Positions 54,894 through 64,000 of a stretch of 64,000 nt of DNA are shown here, piece by piece. The position numbers and the translations under genes are program-made. The notes below the pieces were generated by a model, which was not told the origin of the DNA, did not search any database, and worked only from the letters and a program-made list of their open reading frames with translations. Within the stretch, counting starts at the first letter, position 1. Each line of letters starts with the position of its first letter. This DNA is from an uncultured Muribaculaceae bacterium (GTDB lineage: Bacteria; Bacillota_I; Bacilli_A; RF39; UBA660), in assembly GCA_964481005.1 (NCBI GenBank), contig CAYZRY010000002.1, forward strand, positions 3,488-67,487, in the 5' to 3' direction.

Positions 54894-56438
54894 ATGGAAA
54901 AATATTACATTACAACGTCAATTGCATATACTTCAGGAAAGCCACATATAGGTAATACTTATGAGGCTATTTTAGCTGATGCAATTGCTAGATATAAGAG
55001 ATTTCAAGGATATGATGTATACTTGCAGACTGGAACTGATGAACATGGAGAAAAAATAGCTGAGAAGGCTAAAGCTAACGGTTTAGATCCTCAGACATTT
55101 GTCGATAATGTAAGCGGTCAGTTAAGAGCTATTTGGGATTTAGTTGGAACAAGTTATGACAGTTTTGTCAGAACTACTGATCCTCATCATAAAGAGGTAG
55201 TTCAACATATCTTTAAAAAACTTTATGATCAAGGAGATATTTATCTAGGTAAATACGAAGGACACTACTGCTTACCTTGTGAAGCATTCTTTACTAAGAG
55301 TCAAGTAGAAGATGGAAAATGTCCGGATTGTGGAGCAGAAGTCACATTTAAAAGTGAAGATGCCTACTTTTTAAGACTTAGTAAATATCAAGATAGATTG
55401 ATTGAACACATCGAAAAGAATCCGGATTTTATTAAACCGGAATCACGTAAAAATGAAATGATTAAAAACTTTCTAGAACCAGGATTGCAAGATTTATGTG
55501 TATCTAGAACTAGTTTTGATTGGGGTGTACCAGTTGATTTTGCACCTGGGCATGTAGTTTATGTTTGGATAGATGCATTAAGTAACTATATAACTAACAT
55601 TGGTTATGATGTCGACTCTTCAACAGATCAATTTAAAAAATTATGGCCAGCTGATCTTCATCTAATTGGAAAAGATATCATTAGATTCCATACAATCTAT
55701 TGGCCGATAATACTGATGGCTCTAGGTCTAGAATTACCTAAACAAGTTTATGGTCATCCATGGCTTTTAGCAGGTAATGATAAGATGAGTAAATCTAAAG
55801 GTAATTTAATGTATGCCGATGATTTAGTCGAACTTTTTGGTAAAGATGCAATTAGATACTATGTATTAAACGAAATACCATATGCAAACGATGGGGTTAT
55901 AACCTATGATTTATTAATTGAAAGAACAAATAGTGATTTAGCTAATAACTTAGGTAACTTAGTTAATCGTAGTATTTCGATGGGACATAAATATTTTGGT
56001 GGAAACATCCAAAAAAGCAATGTAGCTACTGCGTATGATGAAGAACTAATTAATAAAATTAATGAACTTGGTTCAAAAGTTGATGAAAAAGTTAACAATC
56101 TCGAAATAGCTAATGCGCTTGAACTTATATTTGATTTACTTCACAGTGGAAATAAATATATAGATTTAACTGAGCCTTGGGTACTTGCTAAAGATGAAAC
56201 TAAAAAAGAAGAGCTTCAGACAGTATTATATAATTTGCTTGAACTTATTCGCGTTTCAGCAGTTTATTTAGAACCGTTCTTACCAGATACTGGAGCAAGC
56301 ATATTCAAACAGTTAGCTACTGAAAATAAAAATACAAAGTATGCCGAAGATAATAGTTACAACCTTGGTGAAGCAACTCCTTTATTTATGAGAATAGATA
56401 AAGAAAAGAAACTAAAAGAAATACATGGCGATGAATAA
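54894..56438 (+). CDS. metG: methionine--tRNA ligase (short form without C-terminal tRNA-binding extension)
   Basis: HIGN (PHIGNTYEAI), zinc knuckle CPDCG, KMSKS; 514 aa. Confidence 0.95.
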   Translation: MEKYYITTSIAYTSGKPHIGNTYEAILADAIARYKRFQGYDVYLQTGTDEHGEKIAEKAKANGLDPQTFVDNVSGQLRAIWDLVGTSYDSFVRTTDPHHKEVVQHIFKKLYDQGDIYLGKYEGHYCLPCEAFFTKSQVEDGKCPDCGAEVTFKSEDAYFLRLSKYQDRLIEHIEKNPDFIKPESRKNEMIKNFLEPGLQDLCVSRTSFDWGVPVDFAPGHVVYVWIDALSNYITNIGYDVDSSTDQFKKLWPADLHLIGKDIIRFHTIYWPIILMALGLELPKQVYGHPWLLAGNDKMSKSKGNLMYADDLVELFGKDAIRYYVLNEIPYANDGVITYDLLIERTNSDLANNLGNLVNRSISMGHKYFGGNIQKSNVATAYDEELINKINELGSKVDEKVNNLEIANALELIFDLLHSGNKYIDLTEPWVLAKDETKKEELQTVLYNLLELIRVSAVYLEPFLPDTGASIFKQLATENKNTKYAEDNSYNLGEATPLFMRIDKEKKLKEIHGDE

Positions 56439-57189
56439 AATATTTGATACACATTGTCATTTGAGTAGCGATGACTACGATAATCTAGAAGAAATTGTTA
56501 CTAGAACAGTCGAAGATAAAGTTACGATGATAGCTAGCTGTAGTGATCCTTTATCAGAAAAAGAAGGTAAAGAGTTTGCTGAAAAATACCCAGGAAGTAT
56601 ATATTTAACAATAGGATATCATCCATCGACTTTAGATGTTAACAGTGATGATTTAACCCGTATTAGTAATTGGGCTAAAACAGATAAAAATGTTATTGCT
56701 ATTGGTGAAATAGGTTTAGATTATTACTGGAAACCATATGATGAATCTTATCAGCAAGAGTTGTTTGAAAAACAATTAAGTATGGCCAAGAAGTTAAACT
56801 TGCCTGTAGTAATTCACTCGAGAGATGCTACAAAACAGACAATTGATACACTAAAAAAATACGATTTAAAGGGTGTTATTCACTGTTTTACGGGGTCGAT
56901 TGAAACAGCCAGAGAGTATATTAAACTAGGATTTTATCTAGGTATAGGCGGCGTAGTAACATTTAAAAATGCTGGTCTTCAAGAAACAGTGAGACAATTA
57001 CCAATTGAAAGCATAGTTCTTGAAACGGATTCACCGTACCTTGCACCAGAACCATATCGAGGAAAAAAGAATGAACCTCGAAATGTTCGATTAGTAGCTA
57101 AGAAAATAGCTGAACTTAAAGGGCTATCAACCGAGGAAGTAATCGAAATTACCAATAAAAATACTATACAATTATTTGACTTGAACTAA
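56425..57189 (+). CDS. tatD: TatD-family deoxyribonuclease
   Basis: FDTHCHL N-terminus, 254 aa TIM-barrel metal hydrolase; follows metG as in Bacillus. Confidence 0.9.
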   Translation: MAMNKIFDTHCHLSSDDYDNLEEIVTRTVEDKVTMIASCSDPLSEKEGKEFAEKYPGSIYLTIGYHPSTLDVNSDDLTRISNWAKTDKNVIAIGEIGLDYYWKPYDESYQQELFEKQLSMAKKLNLPVVIHSRDATKQTIDTLKKYDLKGVIHCFTGSIETAREYIKLGFYLGIGGVVTFKNAGLQETVRQLPIESIVLETDSPYLAPEPYRGKKNEPRNVRLVAKKIAELKGLSTEEVIEITNKNTIQLFDLN

Positions 57190-57230
57190 TAATTGTGATA
57201 GTATTTTTTTATACAATAAATGAGGGTAAT

Positions 57231-57851
57231 ATGAGTAAAAGATTATTAATGTTTAAGAAAATGTTCCTATACACCGCCTATGTTACCTTGGTAATTAGCA
57301 TAGTGCTTGGTGGTTATAAAGTAGAATCGTATAAAGTTTATAATTCTAGTGGAAGTAAGTATTTAACTTCATTCCATTTAGCTAAGAATAACATTGAAGT
57401 TTCACAAGTAGCAAATACGGTAGTAGCGCCAGTAGTAGCACCTATTGCAACAGCGCCAGTAGCGGTATCGACAATGGCTGATGTAGCACTTAGAGCTAAA
57501 GCAGGGCAAGTTACTTTTAAAGGAACAATGACAGGTTATGGACCAGATTGTCTTGGTTGTAGCGGAATAGTTGCTTGTTCACCTAGAAGAGATGTCCGTG
57601 GTGGCAATATCTACGTAGATCATCAAACATATGGTAGAATGCGTATTGTTGCAGCCGATAGACGCGTTCCATGTGGCAGTGTTGTTCAAGTAGCAGGTGT
57701 TCGTGGTAGCGAACCGTTCTATGCAATTGTCTTAGATCGTGGTGGAGCAATTAAAGAAACATTATTTGATCTTTTATTTAATTCAGATGCCGAAGCAAAA
57801 TACTTCGGTAGACAAACAGTAACATATAAAACAGTCCGTTGGGGATGGTAA
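57231..57851 (+). CDS. 3D-domain protein (YuiC/YabE-like, MltA-type fold)
   Basis: N-terminal TM, Ala/Pro/Val repeat linker, C-terminal 3D-domain pattern (TGYGPDCLGCSG..., conserved Asp). Start trimmed to MSKRLLMF (GAGGGT RBS). Confidence 0.65.
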   Translation: MSKRLLMFKKMFLYTAYVTLVISIVLGGYKVESYKVYNSSGSKYLTSFHLAKNNIEVSQVANTVVAPVVAPIATAPVAVSTMADVALRAKAGQVTFKGTMTGYGPDCLGCSGIVACSPRRDVRGGNIYVDHQTYGRMRIVAADRRVPCGSVVQVAGVRGSEPFYAIVLDRGGAIKETLFDLLFNSDAEAKYFGRQTVTYKTVRWGW

Positions 57852-57909
57852 ACTTATACTTAGGTATAAGTTTTTTATTTGGTTATGATATAATTTATTT
57901 GGTGATTTT

Positions 57910-58698
57910 ATGAATGGACATAAATTTAAAAAGAAATTAGGACAAAACTTCTTAAAAGATAATAATATATCAAATAAGATAGTTAATTTAGTTAATCTAA
58001 ACAAAGATTCATTAGTAATAGAAGTAGGACCAGGAAGTGGAGCACTGACTAAATTACTTTCAGCTAGAGCTAAAGTTTTAGCTTATGAAATTGATTTAGA
58101 TTTAAAAGAAGGCTTAGAGAAGCAATTTGTATCTAGCGATGTAGCTTTTATATTTGATGATTTTTTAAATAGAGATATTACCAAAGATATAGCAAGCATT
58201 GATTATTATAATCTTTTCTTTGTGGCTAATCTTCCTTATTACATTACGACTCCGATTATTGAAAAAATAATCGATTCGAATCTAAACTTTGACAAAATAG
58301 TTATCATGGTTCAAAAAGAAGTAGCAGAGCGTTTTGCTTCGCCAGTGTCGACTAAAAGTTATTCGTCAATCACAGTCTATCTAAACTATCATTTTGATAT
58401 CAAACAAGAGTTTATTGTACCTGCTACTTGCTTCTATCCAAGGCCTAACGTCGATAGCGCTATTATTAGTTTGAATCCTAAAGAAAATCGTCGCAGAGCT
58501 AAGAATGAAGAACATTTTTATAAATTAGTCAAAGATGCTTTTGTCCATAAACGCAAGAATATTAAAAACAATCTTTTTGCCTATGATATGAAACTGATCG
58601 AAGAGTATTTACTAAGTAAAAAATTAGAGCTTTCAGTCAGAGCAGAACAACTAACTTTGGATAATTTTATCGATATCTCTGATATACTTTCAGCATAA
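57910..58698 (+). CDS. rsmA: 16S rRNA (adenine1518/1519-N6)-dimethyltransferase
   Basis: KsgA family: GQNFL, VEVGPGSGALT, NLPYYITTPI. Confidence 0.92.
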   Translation: MNGHKFKKKLGQNFLKDNNISNKIVNLVNLNKDSLVIEVGPGSGALTKLLSARAKVLAYEIDLDLKEGLEKQFVSSDVAFIFDDFLNRDITKDIASIDYYNLFFVANLPYYITTPIIEKIIDSNLNFDKIVIMVQKEVAERFASPVSTKSYSSITVYLNYHFDIKQEFIVPATCFYPRPNVDSAIISLNPKENRRRAKNEEHFYKLVKDAFVHKRKNIKNNLFAYDMKLIEEYLLSKKLELSVRAEQLTLDNFIDISDILSA

Positions 58699-58776
58699 TA
58701 TAAAAGAGTTGACTTTTAATATAATATAAAATAGAATAAACTTATAAAGTTTTAACTTTAAGAGGGAGGATACTGT

Positions 58777-59064
58777 ATGAAGATTACATCAGTAAACGTT
58801 CGTAAAATCGATAAGGAAAATTCACGTATGAAAGGAATTGCTTCTATATTGTTAGATGAAGCATTTGCTGTTCACGATATTCGTATTATCGAGGGAGATA
58901 ACGGACTGTTCATAGCTATGCCAAGTAGAAAAACTCAAAGTGGTGGGTACAGAGACATAGCTCACCCAATCAACCAAGAGGTGAGATCTGAGTTTGAAAA
59001 AGCTATTTTAGAAGCTTATGAAACCGCTGAAGATCCAAAATCTGAAGACGAAGACGAAGAATAA
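58777..59064 (+). CDS. spoVG: septation protein SpoVG
   Basis: [52 protein letters not shown].. matches SpoVG nearly throughout; acidic tail. Confidence 0.92.
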   Translation: MKITSVNVRKIDKENSRMKGIASILLDEAFAVHDIRIIEGDNGLFIAMPSRKTQSGGYRDIAHPINQEVRSEFEKAILEAYETAEDPKSEDEDEE

Positions 59065-59119
59065 AATAATAAAAGCAAGTGATACTTGCTTTTAAAAATC
59101 AAAAATATAGGAGGGTAAT

Positions 59120-60310
59120 ATGGAAAAGTTAAAAATAAAATTAGTTGAAGAACAATTTAGTGATAAAAATGACAAATTCGATCAAGGTGATGCTCTAGCT
59201 TTATCAGGAAGAATAGCTGGAGTTTGTTATGACAAAGAAGGATATTCGCACATTAAAAATGAGGATTATAAAAAAACTGAGAGGCGAATTGATATGACCT
59301 TAGATAGTGGTCATCACAGTGTTTATGATCATGTTAATGTCAGATTAGAAATTCAAAATATCCCTAAAATGTTAGCAATGGTTATAAATAACGAAAAACA
59401 GTATGCCACTAGTGAAAAATCATCTAGATATACCGAAATAAACAATAAATATAACGATTCAGTTAGTGCTAAAGAAGAAGAGTTATACAACAAATGGAAA
59501 CAAATTATTGCAGTAAAAATTAAAGAAAATTATCCAGATTTCAGCGATATAAAAGTAAATAAACTAGCTCAAGAAAATGCTAGATATATGGTTTCTGTTT
59601 TTGTACCAACACAGATGGTATATACGACATCATTAAGACAAATTAACACATTGGCAATGATGATGGATGAATATATAGAAAACAATAATGGACATTATTT
59701 TGAAAGCAAGCTTTCTAAAGCAATGAATGCCCTTATTTTAGAACTAGAAGATAATAATTTGCTAGTTCCAGGGTTATTAACAAACGAAAAAAATCGTTCA
59801 TTATCACTATTTGCTGATCCAAGTATCGAAGATGAAGAGATATTTTCACATATTTATTCAGTTAACTATGATGCATCATTTGCACAATTGGCGCAGGCTC
59901 AAAGACATAGAACACTAGATTATCAAATGAATAGAACGGAGGATAAAACATATTTTATTCCACCAATTATTCAAGATGATCCACTTTTAATAAGTGAATG
60001 GGTCAATGATTTGGAGAGTGTCGCTCATTTGGTTCCACAGGCTGAAATGGTTAGAGTAACAGAATCAGGCACATATGATAACTTTATTTTAAAAGCAAAA
60101 GAAAGACTATGTACTTATGCTCAACTTGAAATTGCTATGCAAACAAAAGATACACTTCAAAAATATAGAGACGGGCTAGAAGCTAAAAAACATTATCTAG
60201 CTGACGATATAGCAAAATATGATCGTGGAGCTAGATGTAGTTTCCCTGATTATAAATGTACAAATGATTGTGGTTTTGCCGAAGGTAAAAAACTTATCAG
60301 AAAAATATAA
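59120..60310 (+). CDS. ThyX-like (Thy1 fold) protein, divergent, with C-terminal extension
   Basis: SGHHSVYDHVNV resembles ThyX HGHETPFEHIVF; NNEKQYATSEKSSRY aligns to the ThyX signature FRHRIASYNELSGRY but lacks the RHR there (an RHR appears later at QAQRHRT). About 170 extra residues ending in CSFPDYKCTNDCGF. Confidence 0.4.
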   Translation: MEKLKIKLVEEQFSDKNDKFDQGDALALSGRIAGVCYDKEGYSHIKNEDYKKTERRIDMTLDSGHHSVYDHVNVRLEIQNIPKMLAMVINNEKQYATSEKSSRYTEINNKYNDSVSAKEEELYNKWKQIIAVKIKENYPDFSDIKVNKLAQENARYMVSVFVPTQMVYTTSLRQINTLAMMMDEYIENNNGHYFESKLSKAMNALILELEDNNLLVPGLLTNEKNRSLSLFADPSIEDEEIFSHIYSVNYDASFAQLAQAQRHRTLDYQMNRTEDKTYFIPPIIQDDPLLISEWVNDLESVAHLVPQAEMVRVTESGTYDNFILKAKERLCTYAQLEIAMQTKDTLQKYRDGLEAKKHYLADDIAKYDRGARCSFPDYKCTNDCGFAEGKKLIRKI

Positions 60311-60404
60311 GTAATTAGTAAATACTAATTACTTTTTTGTGATTAAAATATGACTAATGAATAAAAATATAGTATAATGGATTTATCCAAGAAAGGAAGA
60401 AATT

Positions 60405-61379
60405 ATGAGTTTTGAAGCAAAATTAGGACTAATTAACGAATATATTGATAGAAGCAAGACCATATACATAATGATGCATTCAGATAGTGACTTGGATGCA
60501 ATCGGTTCAGCCATTGGTTTAGCAGAACACTTTAAGCGTAAACATAAAGAATGTTTTATCATAAATGATGATAAACGCATGGAAAGTGGTGTTCGTAAGG
60601 TATATAACACTTTTAAAACTAAATATAACTTTGTCAGAAGCGTGGGATTAATAACTAAAATAACTAGTGATGATTTACTCGTAGTGGTAGATACAAGCAA
60701 TCCTAAACTTATCGACAATATCGAACTGATGGAAAAATTTAAAACTGTTATCAATATTGATCATCACGATACAAGCAAGAAAGTTATCGAAGCTGATTTA
60801 AGTATCATCGATGATTTTGCTTCTAGTACAAGTGAAATGATTGTTCACTATATTAGCAGAGACAAAAATGAAGTAGTTAGTCCAGAAGTAGCAACAGTCC
60901 TTTTAGCGGGAATAGTATTAGATACTAATGGTTACTCAATTAAGACTACTGAAAGAACTTTTGTTTCTTCGGCATATCTAATGAAATGTGGAGCTGACAA
61001 CAAAGAAGTACAGTATCTACTTAAACAAGATTTAAAAGAATATATGCAGCGTCAGAAAGTCATCAATAGTGTTAAAAACATAAATGGCATAGCTGTTTCA
61101 AAAGGATTGCAAAAAATCATTTATCGACGTGAAGACTTAGCAAAGATTGCTGATAGTTTGTTGTTCTTCAATAACATAAAAGCATCTTTTGTCGTTGGAA
61201 AAGTATCAAAAGAAGAAGTTGGTATAAGTGCTAGATCATATGGAGAAGTAAATGTTGGAAAACTACTTCAAAGTTTTGGTGGTGGCGGTGATGAAGAAGG
61301 TGCTGCAGCACGTATAACAAATACAAGTGTCGAAGAGACATATAGAAGGTTATTAGAAAAATTAAAAGAAATCGGGTGA
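60405..61379 (+). CDS. nrnA: DHH/DHHA1 phosphoesterase, NrnA-like (nanoRNase / pAp phosphatase)
   Basis: DHH motifs [20 protein letters not shown]; DHHA1 GGGG..GAAAR; 324 aa with no membrane/PAS/GGDEF domains; sits before rplI-dnaB like gdpP in Bacillus. Confidence 0.7.
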   Translation: MSFEAKLGLINEYIDRSKTIYIMMHSDSDLDAIGSAIGLAEHFKRKHKECFIINDDKRMESGVRKVYNTFKTKYNFVRSVGLITKITSDDLLVVVDTSNPKLIDNIELMEKFKTVINIDHHDTSKKVIEADLSIIDDFASSTSEMIVHYISRDKNEVVSPEVATVLLAGIVLDTNGYSIKTTERTFVSSAYLMKCGADNKEVQYLLKQDLKEYMQRQKVINSVKNINGIAVSKGLQKIIYRREDLAKIADSLLFFNNIKASFVVGKVSKEEVGISARSYGEVNVGKLLQSFGGGGDEEGAAARITNTSVEETYRRLLEKLKEIG

Positions 61380-61383
61380 TAAG

Positions 61384-61824
61384 ATGAAAGTTATTTTTCT
61401 TAAAGATATGAAGGGTCAGGGTAGAAAAGGTGACATTAAAGAAGTTGCCGATGGTTATGCCCAAAACTTTTTGATAAAAAAAGGTATAGCAGAGAAATTG
61501 ACTAATGAATCATATGCTAAATATGAAAGATTAAAACAACAAGATGCAGTAAGTGAAAGCTTACATCGTCAAGATGCTGAAAAAATGAAAAAACAAATCG
61601 AAGCATTATCTTTAGTTTTTAAAGTTAAAACTGGAGCTAATGATAAAGTTTTTGGTTCGATAAGTAGCAAACAAATTAAAGAAGAACTTGATAAAGAAAG
61701 TATCGAAATAGATAAAAAGCACATTAAAATCCAAGAAGCAATTAGCTCACTTGGAATGCATGAAGTAGTAATAGAGCTATATAGTGATATAATAGCTAAA
61801 CTCAAGATAAAACTTGAAAAGTAG
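61384..61824 (+). CDS. rplI: 50S ribosomal protein L9
   Basis: [30 protein letters not shown].. Confidence 0.95.
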   Translation: MKVIFLKDMKGQGRKGDIKEVADGYAQNFLIKKGIAEKLTNESYAKYERLKQQDAVSESLHRQDAEKMKKQIEALSLVFKVKTGANDKVFGSISSKQIKEELDKESIEIDKKHIKIQEAISSLGMHEVVIELYSDIIAKLKIKLEK

Positions 61825-61831
61825 GAGGAGT

Positions 61832-63187
61832 ATGGCACTAAAGAGCATACCAAACAATATTGAAGCCGAAAAGTCAGTGCTCGGAGCGATGTTTATATCG
61901 AACTCAGCATTACAGAAGGCTTGTGAAGTATTAAATAAAGAATCATTCTACATGAATAGTCATGCAGTTATTTTTGATGTTCTTAAAAATATGTATGAAG
62001 CTAATGTTCCTATCGATGCAACAACAGTTACAACTAATTTAAAAAATGCTGGAACACTTAAAGAAGCTGGTGGTGTAGAATATTTAACTGAAGTGTTAGA
62101 CTCAGTTCCAACGGCTGCTAACGTCGATCAGTATATGAAAGATGTTGAATCAGCAGCGTTACTAAGAAGATTAATTGAAGTATCAACTGATATTACAACA
62201 TCGGCATATGACCAGTCATTAGATGTTGCTGATACTCTCGATGAAGCAGAACGTAAAATATTATCAGTAGTTAAAAATCGTCGTGCTAGTGAATTTAGAA
62301 CTATTCAAGAAGTATTAACTTCAGCTCAAAAGAATCTAGAACAACTTTCTAAAACTAAGGGCGATGTTACGGGTCTTGCAACTGGATGGGTCGATATTGA
62401 TCGATTAACTTCTGGTTTGCAGCCAAAAACATTAGTTATAGTTGCTGCTCGTCCAGCCATGGGTAAAAGTGCCTGGGCACTTAATCTTGCTACTAGTGTA
62501 GCAATTAACAGTAAAAAAACAGTTGCCCTATTCAACCTTGAAATGGGAGCTGAACAGTTAGCTAATCGTATGATTTCATCACTTGGACAAGTAGATGGAT
62601 CTAAAGTTGGAACAGGTAACCTTCTCAATGAGGACTGGAAACGTGTTTATGAGGCAATCAGTCAGCTTTCTGATACAAATATATATATGGATGATACTCC
62701 AGGTATAACAATTGGAGAAATCAAATCTAAATGTCGTCGTTTAGCAAGTAGTGACGAAGGTTTATCACTTGTCATAATCGACTACTTACAGTTAATATCA
62801 AGTTCAACTAACTATGGATCTAACCGTCAGCAAGAGGTCTCAGATATTTCGAGAGCACTTAAGATCATGGCAGTTGAATTAAATATTCCAGTCGTTGCAT
62901 TAGCACAGTTATCAAGATCAGTTGATGCCCGTGAAAACAAACGACCACTTATGAGTGATCTGCGTGAATCAGGTTCGATTGAGCAAGATGCCGATATCGT
63001 TGCCTTCTTATATCGTGATGATTACTATAACCGTGAAAAAGCTACAAGCGATAATCAAAGTCATAGTGAATTTATACTCTCTAAACATCGTAATGGGCCA
63101 AATGGAACAGTCGATCTATTATTTAAGAGAAACACTTCGACTTTCTTAAGTATGAAGAAATCAGATACAGGTGATAACCGTGAATAA
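61832..63187 (+). CDS. dnaB: replicative DNA helicase (DnaB family; DnaC in Bacillus nomenclature)
   Basis: Trimmed to MALKSIPNNIEAEKSVLGAM (AGGAGG RBS); Walker A ARPAMGKSAWALN, RecA-like C-domain. Confidence 0.95.
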   Translation: MALKSIPNNIEAEKSVLGAMFISNSALQKACEVLNKESFYMNSHAVIFDVLKNMYEANVPIDATTVTTNLKNAGTLKEAGGVEYLTEVLDSVPTAANVDQYMKDVESAALLRRLIEVSTDITTSAYDQSLDVADTLDEAERKILSVVKNRRASEFRTIQEVLTSAQKNLEQLSKTKGDVTGLATGWVDIDRLTSGLQPKTLVIVAARPAMGKSAWALNLATSVAINSKKTVALFNLEMGAEQLANRMISSLGQVDGSKVGTGNLLNEDWKRVYEAISQLSDTNIYMDDTPGITIGEIKSKCRRLASSDEGLSLVIIDYLQLISSSTNYGSNRQQEVSDISRALKIMAVELNIPVVALAQLSRSVDARENKRPLMSDLRESGSIEQDADIVAFLYRDDYYNREKATSDNQSHSEFILSKHRNGPNGTVDLLFKRNTSTFLSMKKSDTGDNRE

Positions 63188-64000
63188 AAAAGTAATATTT
63201 CTTACAATAATTGCACTACTAGTTAGTAGTACAATCTTTGTTTTTTCAACAAAGAAATTCAATGATCCAATTTCTGTTTATAAAGTTTATTTGGATGGAA
63301 AAGAAATTGGAAACATAACGTCTAAAAAAGCACTTGAAGACTATATCGATAAGTCACAAGCTGAACTTAAAGAGATGTATAATGTCGATAATGTTTTTAT
63401 GCCTAACAACTTGCATATTAAAAGAGACACAACATATTTTAACAAAGTAGATGCAGTCAAAGATGTATATGAAAAAATTAGAGATCTATCACCCTTTACT
63501 ATCGATGGATACGAGATACAAATTAAGGGTATTAAACGTATGACAGAACAAGGTGAGGTTACTGGTGAAACTAAAAAAATATATACAATTCAAGAAGATA
63601 CATTTGATGAAGCTCTTAAAAAGACCGTTTCAGCTTTTGTTTCTAACGATGAATATGAAAAATATATAACTGGTACTCAAAAAGAAATTAAAGACTATGG
63701 ACGAAGAATCGACAGTCTTAAGATATTAAATGCTATAACTATTAAAAAGAGTAAAGTATCTACCGAAGAAAAAATATTTATGGATTCAAGTGAATTATCA
63801 CAATATTTATTATTTGGTTCAGAAGATGCTACTAAAGATTACTATGTCGAAGCCGGAGATAATATTCAGGAAGTATCATTTAATAACAAATTATCAGTCG
63901 AAGAGTTTATGATAGCAAACCCTAGCATTACTAGTGCTGATAATTTACTTTATCCTGGACAAAAGGTCAGTGTTGCCATCATCAATCCAGTTTTTACACT
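63180..64000 (+). CDS. membrane-anchored protein with C-terminal LysM domain (partial, continues past window end)
   Basis: GTG 63180 overlapping dnaB stop; N-terminal TM (VIFLTIIALLVSSTIFVF); LysM-like segment YYVEAGDNIQEVSFNNKLSVEEFMIANPSI...LYPGQKV. Open to the window edge, so missing from ORF track. Confidence 0.55.
   Translation, partial: MNKKVIFLTIIALLVSSTIFVFSTKKFNDPISVYKVYLDGKEIGNITSKKALEDYIDKSQAELKEMYNVDNVFMPNNLHIKRDTTYFNKVDAVKDVYEKIRDLSPFTIDGYEIQIKGIKRMTEQGEVTGETKKIYTIQEDTFDEALKKTVSAFVSNDEYEKYITGTQKEIKDYGRRIDSLKILNAITIKKSKVSTEEKIFMDSSELSQYLLFGSEDATKDYYVEAGDNIQEVSFNNKLSVEEFMIANPSITSADNLLYPGQKVSVAIINPVFT

Overview
This window is the replication-origin region of a low-GC (about 30% GC) Firmicutes chromosome, Bacillus- or Erysipelotrichia-like, read with the standard genetic code. 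Gene orientation flips at oriC (about 34.73-35.0 kb). Every gene to its left is on the minus strand: lgt, uvrA, uvrB, ftsEX plus an M23 peptidase, prfB, lysS, dusB, ftsH, tilS, rpsR-ssb-rpsF, ychF, abgT, parB-parA-noc, rsmG-mnmG-mnmE, jag-yidC-rnpA-rpmH. Every gene to its right is on the plus strand: dnaA, dnaN, a comK-like gene, recF, gyrB, gyrA, an SRP RNA, tadA, dnaX-ybaB-recR, holB, ricT, rsmI, pth, mfd, metG, tatD, ksgA, spoVG, nrnA-like, rplI, dnaB. I found no rRNA or tRNA genes, transposases, integrases or CRISPR arrays. Unusual content, in order of interest: (1) three tandem copies of a composite site, an exact Bacillus-type parS palindrome followed 4-5 bp later by an exact Noc-binding-site palindrome, in the tadA-dnaX spacer, with both cognate proteins (ParB and a Noc paralog carrying a ~230-aa low-complexity insert) encoded nearby; (2) a radical-SAM/Cys-rich enzyme and a 164-aa unknown protein inserted, translationally coupled, between uvrB and uvrA; (3) a ComK-family homolog between dnaN and recF preceded by three 10-bp-phased direct repeats; (4) a small single-hairpin SRP RNA missed by the ORF track; (5) a divergent ThyX-like protein with a rewired signature motif. 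Gene symbols follow E. coli/B. subtilis usage and rest on my own recognition of protein motifs.
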